Positions 16,172 through 26,850 of a DNA stretch of 64,000 nucleotides are shown piece after piece; positions within the stretch are counted from its first letter, which is position 1, and every line of letters begins with the position of its first letter. Where the stretch lies: the NCBI RefSeq assembly GCF_009914755.1, contig NC_060926.1. One strand, given 5' to 3'. Both the position numbers and the translations under genes were made by a program. The DNA is from the human T2T-CHM13v2.0 reference genome, Homo sapiens. Below the pieces are notes generated by a model that saw only the letters and a program-made list of their open reading frames with translations, was not told the DNA's origin and ran no database searches.

Positions 16172-16458
16172 GGCCAGGCGCGGTGGCTCACGCCTGTAAT
16201 CCCAGCATTTTGGGAGGCCGAGGCGGGAGGATCACGAGGTGGGGAGATAGAGACCATCCCGGCTAACATGGTGAAACCCCGTCTCTATTAAAAAATACAA
16301 AAAATTAGTCAGGCATGGTGGAGGGCACCTGTAGTCCCAGCTACTTGGGAGGCTGAGGCAGGAGAATGGCGTGAACCTGGGAGGCGGAGCTTGCAGTGAG
16401 CCTAGACTGCGCCACTGCACTCCAGCCTGGGCGACAGAGCAAGACTGTCTCAAAAAAA
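16172..16458 (+). mobile_element. AluY
   Basis: Y-diagnostic accatcccggctaa, gagaatggcgtgaacc and gcggagcttgcagtg. Perfect TSD aaaaattgtaaaattc at 16155-16170 and 16459-16474. Confidence 0.93.
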
Positions 16459-16794
16459 AAAAATTGTAAAATTCAATTCCCTTGCCTTCCATCTGCCAAT
16501 ACCCTCTCTTGCTTTCTGTGTTTATGTTGTCATGCAAATTTGTGTTTCTGGCCAAATAAGTTGACACACGTTCATTTCTTTGAGAGGATGTTAGTCATAA
16601 ACAAAATGTAGATAAACTGTACAACATGCTAAGGAAGCCCTGCAAAAGGGTGCCAACCAGGTGAAAATACAATGCTGTCTCAAAAAGGACATTTAAATTA
16701 TTTTTTTCTCCCTTGACCTTCCTACCACTTTTTGGGGAGACGTCTGAGGTACTCCCAAATGCTGTGAGCTTCCTGTGCTCAAGCTCAGATAATA

Positions 16795-17336
16795 TGGAGT
16801 CTACAGAGGCAGGGAGGCCTCCTTGAGCTGCAGTGGGCTCCTCCCAGTTCGAGCTTCCCAGCGGCTTTGTTTACCTACTCAAGCCTCAGCAATGGCGGGC
16901 GCCCCTCCCCCAGCCTCGCTGCCGCCTTGCAGTTTGATCTCAGACTGCTGTGCTAGCAATGAGCGAGGCTCCATGGGTGTAGGACCCTCCGAGCGAGGCG
17001 TGGGATATAATCTCCTGGGGTACCATTTGCTAAGACCATTGGAAAAGCGCAGTATTAGGGTGGGAGTGACCCAATTTTCCAGGTGCTGTCTGTCACCCCT
17101 TTCCTTGGTTTGGAAAGGGAATTCCCTGACCCCTTGCACTTCCCAGGTGAGGTCATGCCTTGCCCTGCTTCGGCTTACACTCGGTGCGCTGCACCCACTG
17201 TCCTGCACCCACTGTCCGACAATCCCCAGTGAGATTAACCTGGTACCTCAGTTGAAAATGCAGAAATCATTCGTCTTCTGCGTCGCTGACGCTGGGAGCT
17301 GTAGACTGGAGCTGTTCCTATTCGGCCATCTTGGCT
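16795..17336 (-). mobile_element. L1PA 5'UTR-only fragment (~first 540 nt), containing ORF0 on the + strand
   Basis: Reverse complement begins agccaagatggccgaataggaacagctcc (L1 5' end with the YY1 site). The + strand reads MAGAPPPASLPPCSLISDCCASN..., the L1 ORF0 N-terminus, from ATG 16892. No ORF1, ORF2 or poly(A). Confidence 0.92.
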
Positions 17337-17623
17337 AGAGTCCCCAAGCTCAGAAAGTATGATCCTGGTCCCTTTTTCTCACAAGGAGTTGGCTGGGCAG
17401 CCCAGGCCGGAGTTTCAGCTGTCACAGCCTCACTGTGTAGAATGTTTGGCAACTTGTTCCATATCTCTGTGCCTCAGTTCCCCCTTGGCGGCTACAGAAG
17501 CCTTGCAGTGCTGAGGGGAAGACAGATGGGCTTAATCAACAAGGGCACTTTATACATTATTAAATTAAGTGCAGATATAAGGGTGATTGGTATGATGTAT
17601 AATTATCTGCTATGCTCCCACAG

Positions 17624-17792
17624 GAAGCTCTACCACCCCAACAATGCCCAACTGGGCATGGCCGTGATGCGGGCAGGGCTGACCAACTGGCATGCTGGTA
17701 ACATTGAGGTGGGGCACGGGATGATCTGCAAAGCCTATGCCATTCTCCTGGTGACACACGGACCCTCCCACCCCATCACTAAGGACTTAGAG
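17624..17792 (+). CDS. SMYD1: SMYD1 exon 9, ending at a GC donor
   Basis: cccacag|GAAGCTC...TTAGAG|gcaagt. KLYHPNNAQLGMAVMRAGLTNWHAGNIEVGHGMICKAYAILLVTHGPSHPITKDLE. Only the GC donor keeps the frame with exon 10. Confidence 0.95.
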
Positions 17793-17942
17793 GCAAGTAG
17801 CGTCTTGAGGCTGGTGTTCCCTTCCTGGCCTGAGCTTTCTGAGGATGGGAGTGTGAGTTCAGGTGGACTCTGCTTTAGAAAAGTCCACATACTCCCAGCT
17901 AGACAAAAGGGAACTCAGAAACGCTTTAGCCCACTACCCTTG

Positions 17943-18356
17943 TGTGTTAGACTGTTCATGTTACCCTAAATGAATACCTGAGACTGGGTAATTTATAAAG
18001 AAAAGAGGCTTATGTTGGTTCATGGTTCTGCAGACTGTATAGGAAGTGTGGTGCTGGCATCTGCTTCTGGTGAGGGCCTCAGGAAGCTTCTAATCATGCC
18101 AGGAGGGAAAGGGAGCCAGTGTGTCACCTGATGAAAGAGGGAGCAAGAGAGAGAGGCAGAGGTGCCAGGCTTTTTTCAACAAGCAGATCTGGTGTGAACT
18201 CAGAGCGACAACTCACTCCTACCAAGTGGGTGGCACTAAGCAATTCACGAGGGATCTGCTCCCATGACTCAAGCACGTCTACCAGGCCCCACCTCCAACA
18301 CTGGGGATCACATTTCAATGTGAGATTTGGAAGGGACAGATATCCAAACCATATCA
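17943..18356 (-). mobile_element. MST-family (MSTB-like) MaLR solo LTR
   Basis: TG...CA termini, tacctgagactgggtaatttataaagaaaagagg and tatccaaaccatatca motifs. Perfect 5-bp TSD CCTTG at 17938-17942 and 18357-18361. Confidence 0.88.
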
Positions 18357-19451
18357 CCTTGCTTCACACATGAGGAAACTGAGGCCCAGGGAAGGAGGAC
18401 AATCTGTCCATAGTCACATAGCGAGCTAATGGCAAAGCTAAGACTTGAAGCCTGAGTCTGTTGAATCATAACACCCCAAGCCTGGACTGAGGAAGCGTAA
18501 ACAATGGGGTGTGCATGTGTGCGTGTGTGCATGCACACAGCCATTTATATTAGAAAGTATTCTGTGTAACATGGAGTGGAGTTAGGGATCACAGGCTCTG
18601 GAATCAGACCTCCAGGTTGAGTTCCAGCTTCACCGCTTTCTGGTTGTGTGATTTTGCAAATATTGAATGTATGGCTGTCAGTCTCCTCATCAGTAAAATA
18701 GGGGGAAAGGATAGGGTTGTGATGCGTGTTCATGAGTCAATGTGTGAAATGCACTTAGTGCCTGGCAAATGGTGCTGCTGATGTCCTTGGTGCTTTGAAA
18801 AGCTGGTTTATTTGAGAGTGACAGGGCTGTCCTCAGACAGTACAGTCTAGGGAAGGTGGACAGACTTTGGTGTTATAAAATGTAGGATGACTATGACATT
18901 TAGGACTGGCGTGGTCTCAGACATGGATGTCCTCTTACTATTCAGATCCCAGGTTTCCTCATCTATAAAATGGAAATAATATATTAGCCCCTTAAAATTG
19001 GCAGGAGGACCAAGTGAGGGGCAGAGAAGCGGACTAACTAGCTTTATGTTTAGGGTACCGAGCCTGTCAAAGGCAGAGCCTTTGTCAATTTTACTCACAG
19101 CTGTATCCTCGGCCTCTGAATGCCTGGCCCTTAAGAAGTATTTCTTGAATGGACATGTGGGAGGATGAGGGCTCTTCTGTGTGTCACACACTGTCATCTT
19201 CCCAACCCACGGTAAGGTATGAAGCCACAAAATGGGTGAGAAAACTGACGGCTGAAGCGATTATGTCTCTTGCCTGAGGTCCCACACTAGTATCTGCAGG
19301 GGCCAGGGTTCAAATCCAGGTCCCCACTGGGCAGTTCCTGGGAACAAGCATTCTTTTCTGAGAACGGTTCCTTCAGCTACTCTCTCAGGGTTCTGACTCC
19401 CTCTCCCTGACAAAGTGGGCCCACTGCCAGGACATTAGGCCCTTGATGAAT

Positions 19452-19453
<2 letters not shown>

Positions 19454-19487
<34 letters not shown>
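19454..19487. repeat. (GT)17 microsatellite
   Basis: Read directly, about 120 nt upstream of the exon 10 acceptor. Confidence 0.95.
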
Positions 19488-19489
<2 letters not shown>

Positions 19490-19606
19490 TCTGAGGGGGT
19501 AGAGTTGAATCTCCGTGGCTGGAAATAATTTACCCCAAGGTATATCAGAGACCAGCATGTCCTAGGGGCTTGCTATCACTGTTTACGGTGTATCTGTGTC
19601 CCACAG

Positions 19607-19765
19607 GCCATGCGGGTGCAGACGGAGATGGAGCTACGCATGTTCCGCCAGAACGAATTCATGTACTACAAGATGCGCGAGGCTGCCCTGAACAACCAGC
19701 CCATGCAGGTCATGGCCGAGCCCAGCAATGAGCCATCCCCAGCTCTGTTCCACAAGAAGCAATGA
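19607..19765 (+). CDS. SMYD1: SMYD1 last coding exon (exon 10) to the stop codon
   Basis: cccacag|GCCATG... gives AMRVQTEMELRMFRQNEFMYYKMREAALNNQPMQVMAEPSNEPSPALFHKKQ*, with TGA at 19763-19765. Confidence 0.97.
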   Translation, partial: AMRVQTEMELRMFRQNEFMYYKMREAALNNQPMQVMAEPSNEPSPALFHKKQ

Positions 19766-22389
19766 GGACTGCCCAGTGGAGGAGGGGCGATGTGGCTGGG
19801 GAGCTAGGGAGAGACTCTGGAGGTGGTGGGTCTCTCGGGAGACCCCTAATGAGGAAGTTGAGGTAATGCTTAACATTGTTGCTGTGAGAATTTACTGCCC
19901 TATGTTTCCCAGAGCCATTTTGGCTCAATTCAAGTCTATTCAATTCAAGTTAACTCTAGCCCAGCCCAGATCAACTCCTCCTACAAATATTATTGGATGA
20001 TAGGCCCTAGAACCCAATAAAGGAGCTCCAAATGTCGTTGGGTGGGGAAGCAAAATGTAGAGAAACATTTAAAGCACACTGTAATAATAAATGCAATTAT
20101 AAACTATATGGAGGAGGGTGCAGAGGAGGGAATGTGTCTGGTGTGTGATGTGTGTGTGTGCAGTGGGGGTATCACAGAGAGTATGACATCTGAGTTGAGG
20201 GTAGCAGGTGCCTGGAGTCTCAGGTGGCTGCTCACCCATCTGTGCAGGTGTCTCTGGGGCTGCTGGTCTCACCTGTGGTCTGCAGTAGACACAATTGGCT
20301 GAGCAGGATATGTGATACTGTGTGGTTGGTGTGGAGTTTTGAAGAAGGGGCTGTGTTTGGGCCACGTAGGCTCTACTCAGAGACCTGAAACCACTTCAGA
20401 ATGGTGCATATGTCGAAAGAGCTGGCTGGGGGCCTTGCCCAAACCAACTGAGGTCTTAAAGTCCAGGGAAAAAAAGTCTGGGTTCCAACTAGAATTCTAG
20501 AAATATTTCTAGAACACACAGAGAGGGAATAAGTCCCTCTATCACCCTTATTACCAAGCCTTGTGGTTCCCTGTGATTTTAGATAATGTCTGATATTTTT
20601 CTGGCTATTTGCCTAGTAGGATTTAAAAAATATTTTCAAAGTGAAGCTGAGAGAGAATCTTGGAAACACACATACCTGTTGATCATGGGCCCTGCAGAAT
20701 TGGCCCTTGGGGGCTTTATTTGGTTACATGTGCCTGGGTGGTCTTTACCAGCTTAGACTCTATCATGGGCCCCCATGAAGCTCCATTCTCAATACTGAAT
20801 AATTATTACTTCCCTTGTTGAGTTTCTTTTTCTGTCATGCCCTGGGGGCTTCTGCTCTTCTCACCAGAAAGAACATTTGAATCTGGATTCTTGTACACCT
20901 GGGTTAGACCCTGTTCAGAGGTGTGGCCAATTTATCCCGATCTCCTGGAAGGCTGTTGTGATTTCCATCTAAGAAATGAGGGTCTTGAGAATCAACCAGT
21001 CCCAAGATTAGCCTGTTATCCTGTTATCTACTGAGACCCCAAATTTCTCACCAATGTTTTGGGAGATCCTGGAAAAGATCCCTTCAGTTTGGGGTGTCAC
21101 CAAGACTTCTACACAACCCAGGACTACCATTGACCTCAGAGCTGTACCCCACATCTTGAAGTAAATTGATCCCACCAGGTCCCACGTTTGTTATCTCTGC
21201 CTAAATGTTAGCTTCTCCATCCTCACCACATGATGACCTGCTGTGTCCCTCTGAGCACTACCCAGTGGCTGAAAACTCTGCAAATGGGCCACACTTTTGC
21301 AAAATACTTGTATCTGACACTTAGGTCTTGTTTGAAGAATTTCCTTTCTGGAAGGTTTTACAAGAAGACTGATAGTCTTTCAAGCCCCCACATCACAGGC
21401 TTAGGGACGGCACTAACTTTCTCCCAGGGATCTAACTGGCTAGTTCAAATTATCACTCTTTTACCTTCATATAAAATGTCTCCCCCAAACCTTTTTCCCT
21501 TCTTTGTCATTGTTATCTGCTAAGCCCCTGGTCATTTCCCCATATTCGTAGTCTTTTTTTCCATCCTATCTTTCTAATATTTGTTGTCTTTAACAAACTG
21601 TGTTCTGTGTCTGTGCTCCTCCTTCCCTCTCAGACCACTGGAATGCAAGTCCTTCTTCCCTTTGGAATGTACTCTGGATCCCTTCCCCTGCTTTGACCCC
21701 CAGACTTTGCTCCATCTATTATTGCTTCTCCATCCTGGATCCTTGACATTTGTCACCCCACTGGCCTTCTCAGGTGCAATCAGTAAAAATGCTGAGAACT
21801 CTTGGATCTTAATCTTCATGACTGAGTTTTTTTTAGTTGTATAGTTATCATCTGCCTTTCTTCACTTTGCATTTCTTCTTGAATCCATTGCAGATTGACT
21901 TCCACTCCCACTCCTTCACTAAAAGGGCTCTTACCAAGATCAAATCTAATGGGTACATTTTAGTTCCTATGTGATTTGGCCTTTCGATGTCAATCATCAC
22001 TCCCAGCCATTGATTTTGGTGACCCACTTCCCTGTGATGATCTTCTGATCTAGTTTCTCAGGTTCCTTCGCTGGTCCTTTTTCTTTCCCTGCCCCTGACA
22101 TATTGACATTTCCTGGAGTTGGTTTTGTCCTTGATTCATTCTCATGTCATTCTGCACACAGTCTCTGCATGAACTCAGGCAGACCCTTCATTTAATGACC
22201 ACCTTAGGGCTGATGATTCTCAAATCTGTATTCCCCGATCTTGCATTTGAGCTCCAGCCCCACTCATCCTCTCGGATGTTCTGCAGGCCCAGCAAACTCA
22301 TCATGTCCAAAGTGAAACTTTTTCTCTTTCCTGTCTCCTCTCCTCTGATCTGTTCTTTCTTGGAACACCACCCAAGAACGTCACCTCCT

Positions 22390-22540
22390 CCATCAGATTG
22401 TGAGCTCCTGGAGGGCAGGAGCTGTGTCCTTCTATTCATCTTCCTATCCCCAGAACCTTGCACAGATCCTGGAATGTGGTAGGTGCTCAGTAAATGTGTG
22501 TTGAATAAATGAATGAATGAATGAACAAATGAATGAATTT
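22390..22540 (+). mobile_element. L2 3' end within the SMYD1 3'UTR
   Basis: gattgtgagctcctggagggcagg...gtaggtgctcagtaaatgtgtgttgaataaatgaatgaatgaatg is the L2 terminus with (TGAA)n. More degraded L2 probably extends upstream. Confidence 0.75.
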
Positions 22541-22616
22541 GCTTACTTCAAGGCAAAAGAACCATGAAACTGTATTTTGAGTTTCTATGTTATAGCAGTC
22601 AGCAAATCCTATTAAA
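22504..22616 (+). terminator. Candidate distal polyadenylation signals of SMYD1
   Basis: AATAAA 22504-22509 (inside an L2 tail) and ATTAAA 22611-22616, followed by a GT/T-rich tract at ~22640-22660. Confidence 0.6.
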
Positions 22617-22675
22617 TACTTTGTGTTTCCAAGCAAATAAGTGTGGCTTCTTTCTTTCTGACAATCTTTTTAGAG

Positions 22676-22880
22676 CAGCGCTGTCTAATGGAATTTTCTG
22701 TGATGATGGAAATGTATTATATCTGTGTTGTCCAGTACAGTACAGTAGCCACTAGCAGCTTGTGACTATTGAGCACTGGAATATGATTGAAGAACAGAAT
22801 TTTAAATGTTATTTAATTTCAACTAATTTATACATAGTTAGCCAATGTGGCTAGTGGCTACCACATTAGAGTGTGCAATT
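22676..22880. mobile_element. MER3 (hAT-Charlie)
   Basis: cagcgctgtctaatggaattttctgtgatgatggaaatgt...gtagccactagc...gtggctagtggctacc, including the internal inverted repeat. Confidence 0.75.
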
Positions 22881-23694
22881 TTAGAGAAATACTTCAGTGT
22901 CATTTCTAAGAACATGGACACTAAGAAAAACAGTCTAAGTTTGTCTTTATCCCAGCTTTCCTAATCTTATCCTTGTGACCTTAGACTAGTTATTTCACCC
23001 ATGCCTCAGTTTCCTGACTTCTACCTAGCATAAGTTTACTGTGAGGACTAACTTTTTAAAGAGTAAAGCCCTGAGAACCCAACCCATCATATGTGCTTAG
23101 TGACTATTATTAGCTATTATTACACTTTGAGCATTCCAACCTTGCTTCTCCTGGGAAGTTCCTTCTCCCAGTTAGAAGATGAAGGTGAAGGGTTGAGGCA
23201 AGCAGGGGTGTGATGGAACTAGCTCTTATCAGCTTGGGAGAGCCGGCAGGGCACATCTCTTCCCAACTCTACATTCATCAACATCACACTGATAACTTAA
23301 AATTGGCCATGGTGGGAATATTTAAACCATGGTAATGGCCTAACTTCAGAACACATTAATTTGCAGTGTTGTCAATCTATAAAGGAGCTTCACTACATGG
23401 GAGTAGCAAAATAGATAGTAGAAAGATCATTAAAGAAGTCTTCACTTAAACTGGGGTGAAATATGCATCCTGAAACCTCTATTCCTTAGGGCCATGCCAA
23501 GCAAGTCTAAGACCTCTGATTACCCTTTAGATGAAGCCATCTGCCCACTGCACCATCAATGTATTGACAAATACATGTATTAAAGGGCAGACATAGCCAT
23601 TGCTTGGGTGAGTCACAGAGTGTACTTCTCTAAAGGATACCAAAGGGAAAAATATAGTTGGGGGCACATACCAGAGAGAATACCAACATTTCTT

Positions 23695-23990
<296 letters not shown>

Positions 23991-24340
23991 AAGAATAACA
24001 TTTCTGAGGGCAGTTGGAGGTCCAAGCTTCTGGACCAAGGCGTGCACAATTGTGGATAACATCCAGTGCATGAAAGTAAACAGCCCTTCTAGAAGCTCCC
24101 TGCCCCTCCTGGCCCAGCATTAATTACATTCACATCCCAGTCTCAACTGGGCCAGGAGGACTCCTCTGTCGTAGAGAAGTACAATAGGCAGCACGGCTGT
24201 AAGCCATGGTACTGTTTTGCTCACTCTGGCAGACACTCAGTCCTCATTTCCCAGTCCTGGCCTCCCCAGCTCACGAAGCTTGGTCTGAAAACAATCTGGC
24301 CCAAGCACAATGCTACAGTTCCCCAGATGTCTTTAGGAGT

Positions 24341-24809
24341 TGTGTTTATTTCCCATGGCTGCTGGAACAAATTAACACACACATTTTGTAGCTTAAAACA
24401 ACACAGATATATCATCTTTCAGTTCTAGAGGTCAGAAGTCCAAAATGGGTGTCACGGGGCTAACATCAAGGCACTAGCAGGGCTGTGTTCCTTCTGAAGG
24501 CTCCAGGAGAGCAAGCGTCTTCCTCTAAAATGCCCACATTCCTTGGCAGTGGCCCCCAGCCAGCAATCACATCACTCTGACTCTCCTTCTGTCATCATGT
24601 CTCCTCTGCCCCTCCTGCCTTCCTCTTTTACTGATAAGGACCCTTGTGATTCCATTGGATCCACTAGGATCATCCAGAATAATCTCCCTATCTCAAGGTC
24701 CTTACCTTAATCACATCTGCAAAATCCCCTTTGTCATGTAAGGTAACACATAAACAGGACTGGGAATTAGGACATGGACTGTTTGGGGGACTTCATTCTG
24801 CTTACCACA
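24341..24809 (-). mobile_element. MLT1D-like MaLR solo LTR
   Basis: gcttaaaacaacac...cagttctagaggtcagaagtccaaaatggg...taaggacccttgtgatt...attctgcttaccaca. Confidence 0.8.
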
Positions 24810-26178
24810 GCAGTCTTGCTATCGAGTCCTCGGACCCGCCATGCATCCACAGTTGCAAGCCTCTGAGCAGAAGACCTGGGACTTGAATCCTGCAGTCCAG
24901 ACCCCTGGAGAATGAATATTCCTTTCCATACAGCTCTTTGATGGCCATGTCCAGTTTGCCTTCTTTGTCTTCCCTGTTCACCAAGGCAGGGTTTTAAAAT
25001 TCTCCCTTTGTAGGTCACAGCCCTTTCTCACTGCTTCCCTTCTGCTCATCTGTGCTGGGCAGGTGTGGAATCGCTTTACAGACCCAGCACCTTTCTGGGG
25101 AATGGCCAAGAGCTGGGACAGTGCAAGGGACTACAATTTGAGGCAGCAGATAGAATTCTAGATATGTGGTTTGTGTCCGTCAGTGGCACTTATATTTGGC
25201 CTTGGTGGACACTTTCCAGCCCTTTCTCTAGGGACACTGCTCTGCACCAGGAGGCTCTGAGGAGGCGGTTCAGGAGAGGCTGGTGCAGGATGGAGCCTGA
25301 ACCTGTTACAGCACAGCATTTCCTGACACACAGTCATGGCCCATGAGTCAATGGAGTGCCGGTAGAGATTTAAAAACAATGTGAACAAGAGCCCTGATCT
25401 GTAGCATTTGCCGATTTCCTTGGTGTAAACACTCCCGCGAAGGCCGATGTCAAATGCTAAGCTGTATGCTGAGTCGGCACCTGGGACTAGGTGGCTCCAA
25501 CCATACTGCTTGTGACTGAAGCCAGGCAATTGGACCCTTGTTAGGCAACCCTTTCCCTTCTGAACTGGAGGAGGAGGAGTCCTTGCTGTTCTCTAGGAAT
25601 GCAAGCTTTGTTTGTGACCATGGAGGTGCTGACAATCATACTCTCTGCCATGTGGAGAGGCCCAGGAGACCACAGCTTATATTGATGGAGAAATATTGAG
25701 TTGTTATGCAGCTTTGGATCCGTCTGTCCCTTCTAGTTCTATGAGCTAGTGAACCATGTTCCCCCTGCCCCATTTTTATTTTTGACCTAACCCATTTGGG
25801 TGGATTTCTTTCACTTGCAACTGAAGGAGTTCCCATTGTGCTGGTTTTTCTCCATTTCTCCCACAGGCCTTCTCCACTCTTCTCTGCCCTGCTTTGTGTC
25901 AGAAAGGCTGACTTCTTCTTTCTCATTTAACCAATAAGAAGCACCAGCAGGAGATTGGAATGCAGAAAGACACCCCCGACAACTGCCCAGCCAGCGGTCC
26001 AGCTCCCATTGGGTGGTTGTCCTACGGCTCTAGGTCTCCCTGGGCTCCGGTAACGCTGTCCCCTGCATTGTCTCTTCAGGTCTACAGGTGGTGGTGGCTT
26101 CCTGCAGTTGCCGGCTAGGTGCCTCAGCTACCTAATGGGTTCCCTTTACTCTAACCACATCTTTGTAAATAGTCCTTT

Positions 26179-26850
26179 TGTTACCAGTGGCAAATCCGAA
26201 TGGGTCCACAGCAGTGTGATTCTTGCCTCCCGAGAGGAAAGCATTCGTCTGAGGGGCATAAGTCAGAGTGAAAGACTGAGGCAAGTTTTAGAGCAGGAAC
26301 GAAAGGTAAAGTACATTTGGAAGAGGACCAAGCGGGGGACTTGAGAGATCCAAGTGCCCTGTTTGACCTTTGATCTGGGGTTTTATATGTTGGCATGCTC
26401 CTGGGTTTTTGTGTCTCTCCTCCCCTGATTTTTCTTTGGGGCAGGCTGTCCGCATGTGCAGTGGCCTGCCAGCACTTGGGCGGGGCTGCACGCGCAGTGT
26501 GTTTACTGGAGTTGCGCACATGCTCATCTGAGGTGTTTTTTTCCTCACTAGTTGAAGGTTCCTAGAGGAAGGTCATGTATTAGTTAAGCTCCGCCATTTT
26601 GTCTCTTAATGAACATGCTTGAACCCACTTGCCCAAATCCTGAGCTCTTATTGGGAAGCTGCTGACCACCATCTTAAGGGATTTTCTATCTATTGGGAGA
26701 CTGCTTTTCCCTGGCGCTGGCTGTGACCAATTATTATTTTAGAGAGACAGTTTAACAACTACCTGACCATCACCTGATGATTGCCTGACATTCCTTGGTG
26801 GGGGGCCCTCTCCTGCCCTGCTCATGTCTACCTAGCTACCTACTCTAACA
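26179..26850 (-). mobile_element. ERV1 solo LTR (MER50-like) nested in an older LTR remnant
   Basis: TG...CA termini (tgttacc...ctacctactctaaca) with 4-bp TSD CTTT at 26175-26178 and 26851-26854. Contains the gaggggcataag...gaggcaagttttagagcagg motif. The flanks rejoin as ctttgtaaatagtcctttcattaaa. Confidence 0.75.

Larger units (their letters stand above)
19766..22636 (+). other. SMYD1: SMYD1 3'UTR (end approximate)
   Basis: Follows the stop codon. Proximal AATAAA at 20016 and 20086, distal AATAAA at 22504 and ATTAAA at 22611. The end is inferred from the distal signals and my recollection of a ~4.3 kb mRNA. Confidence 0.65.

Noticed and set aside
17331-17969. 212-aa ORF spanning SMYD1 exon 9 as a separate gene
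   Set aside because: It is exon 9's frame extending into the flanking introns, and it starts at a TTG.
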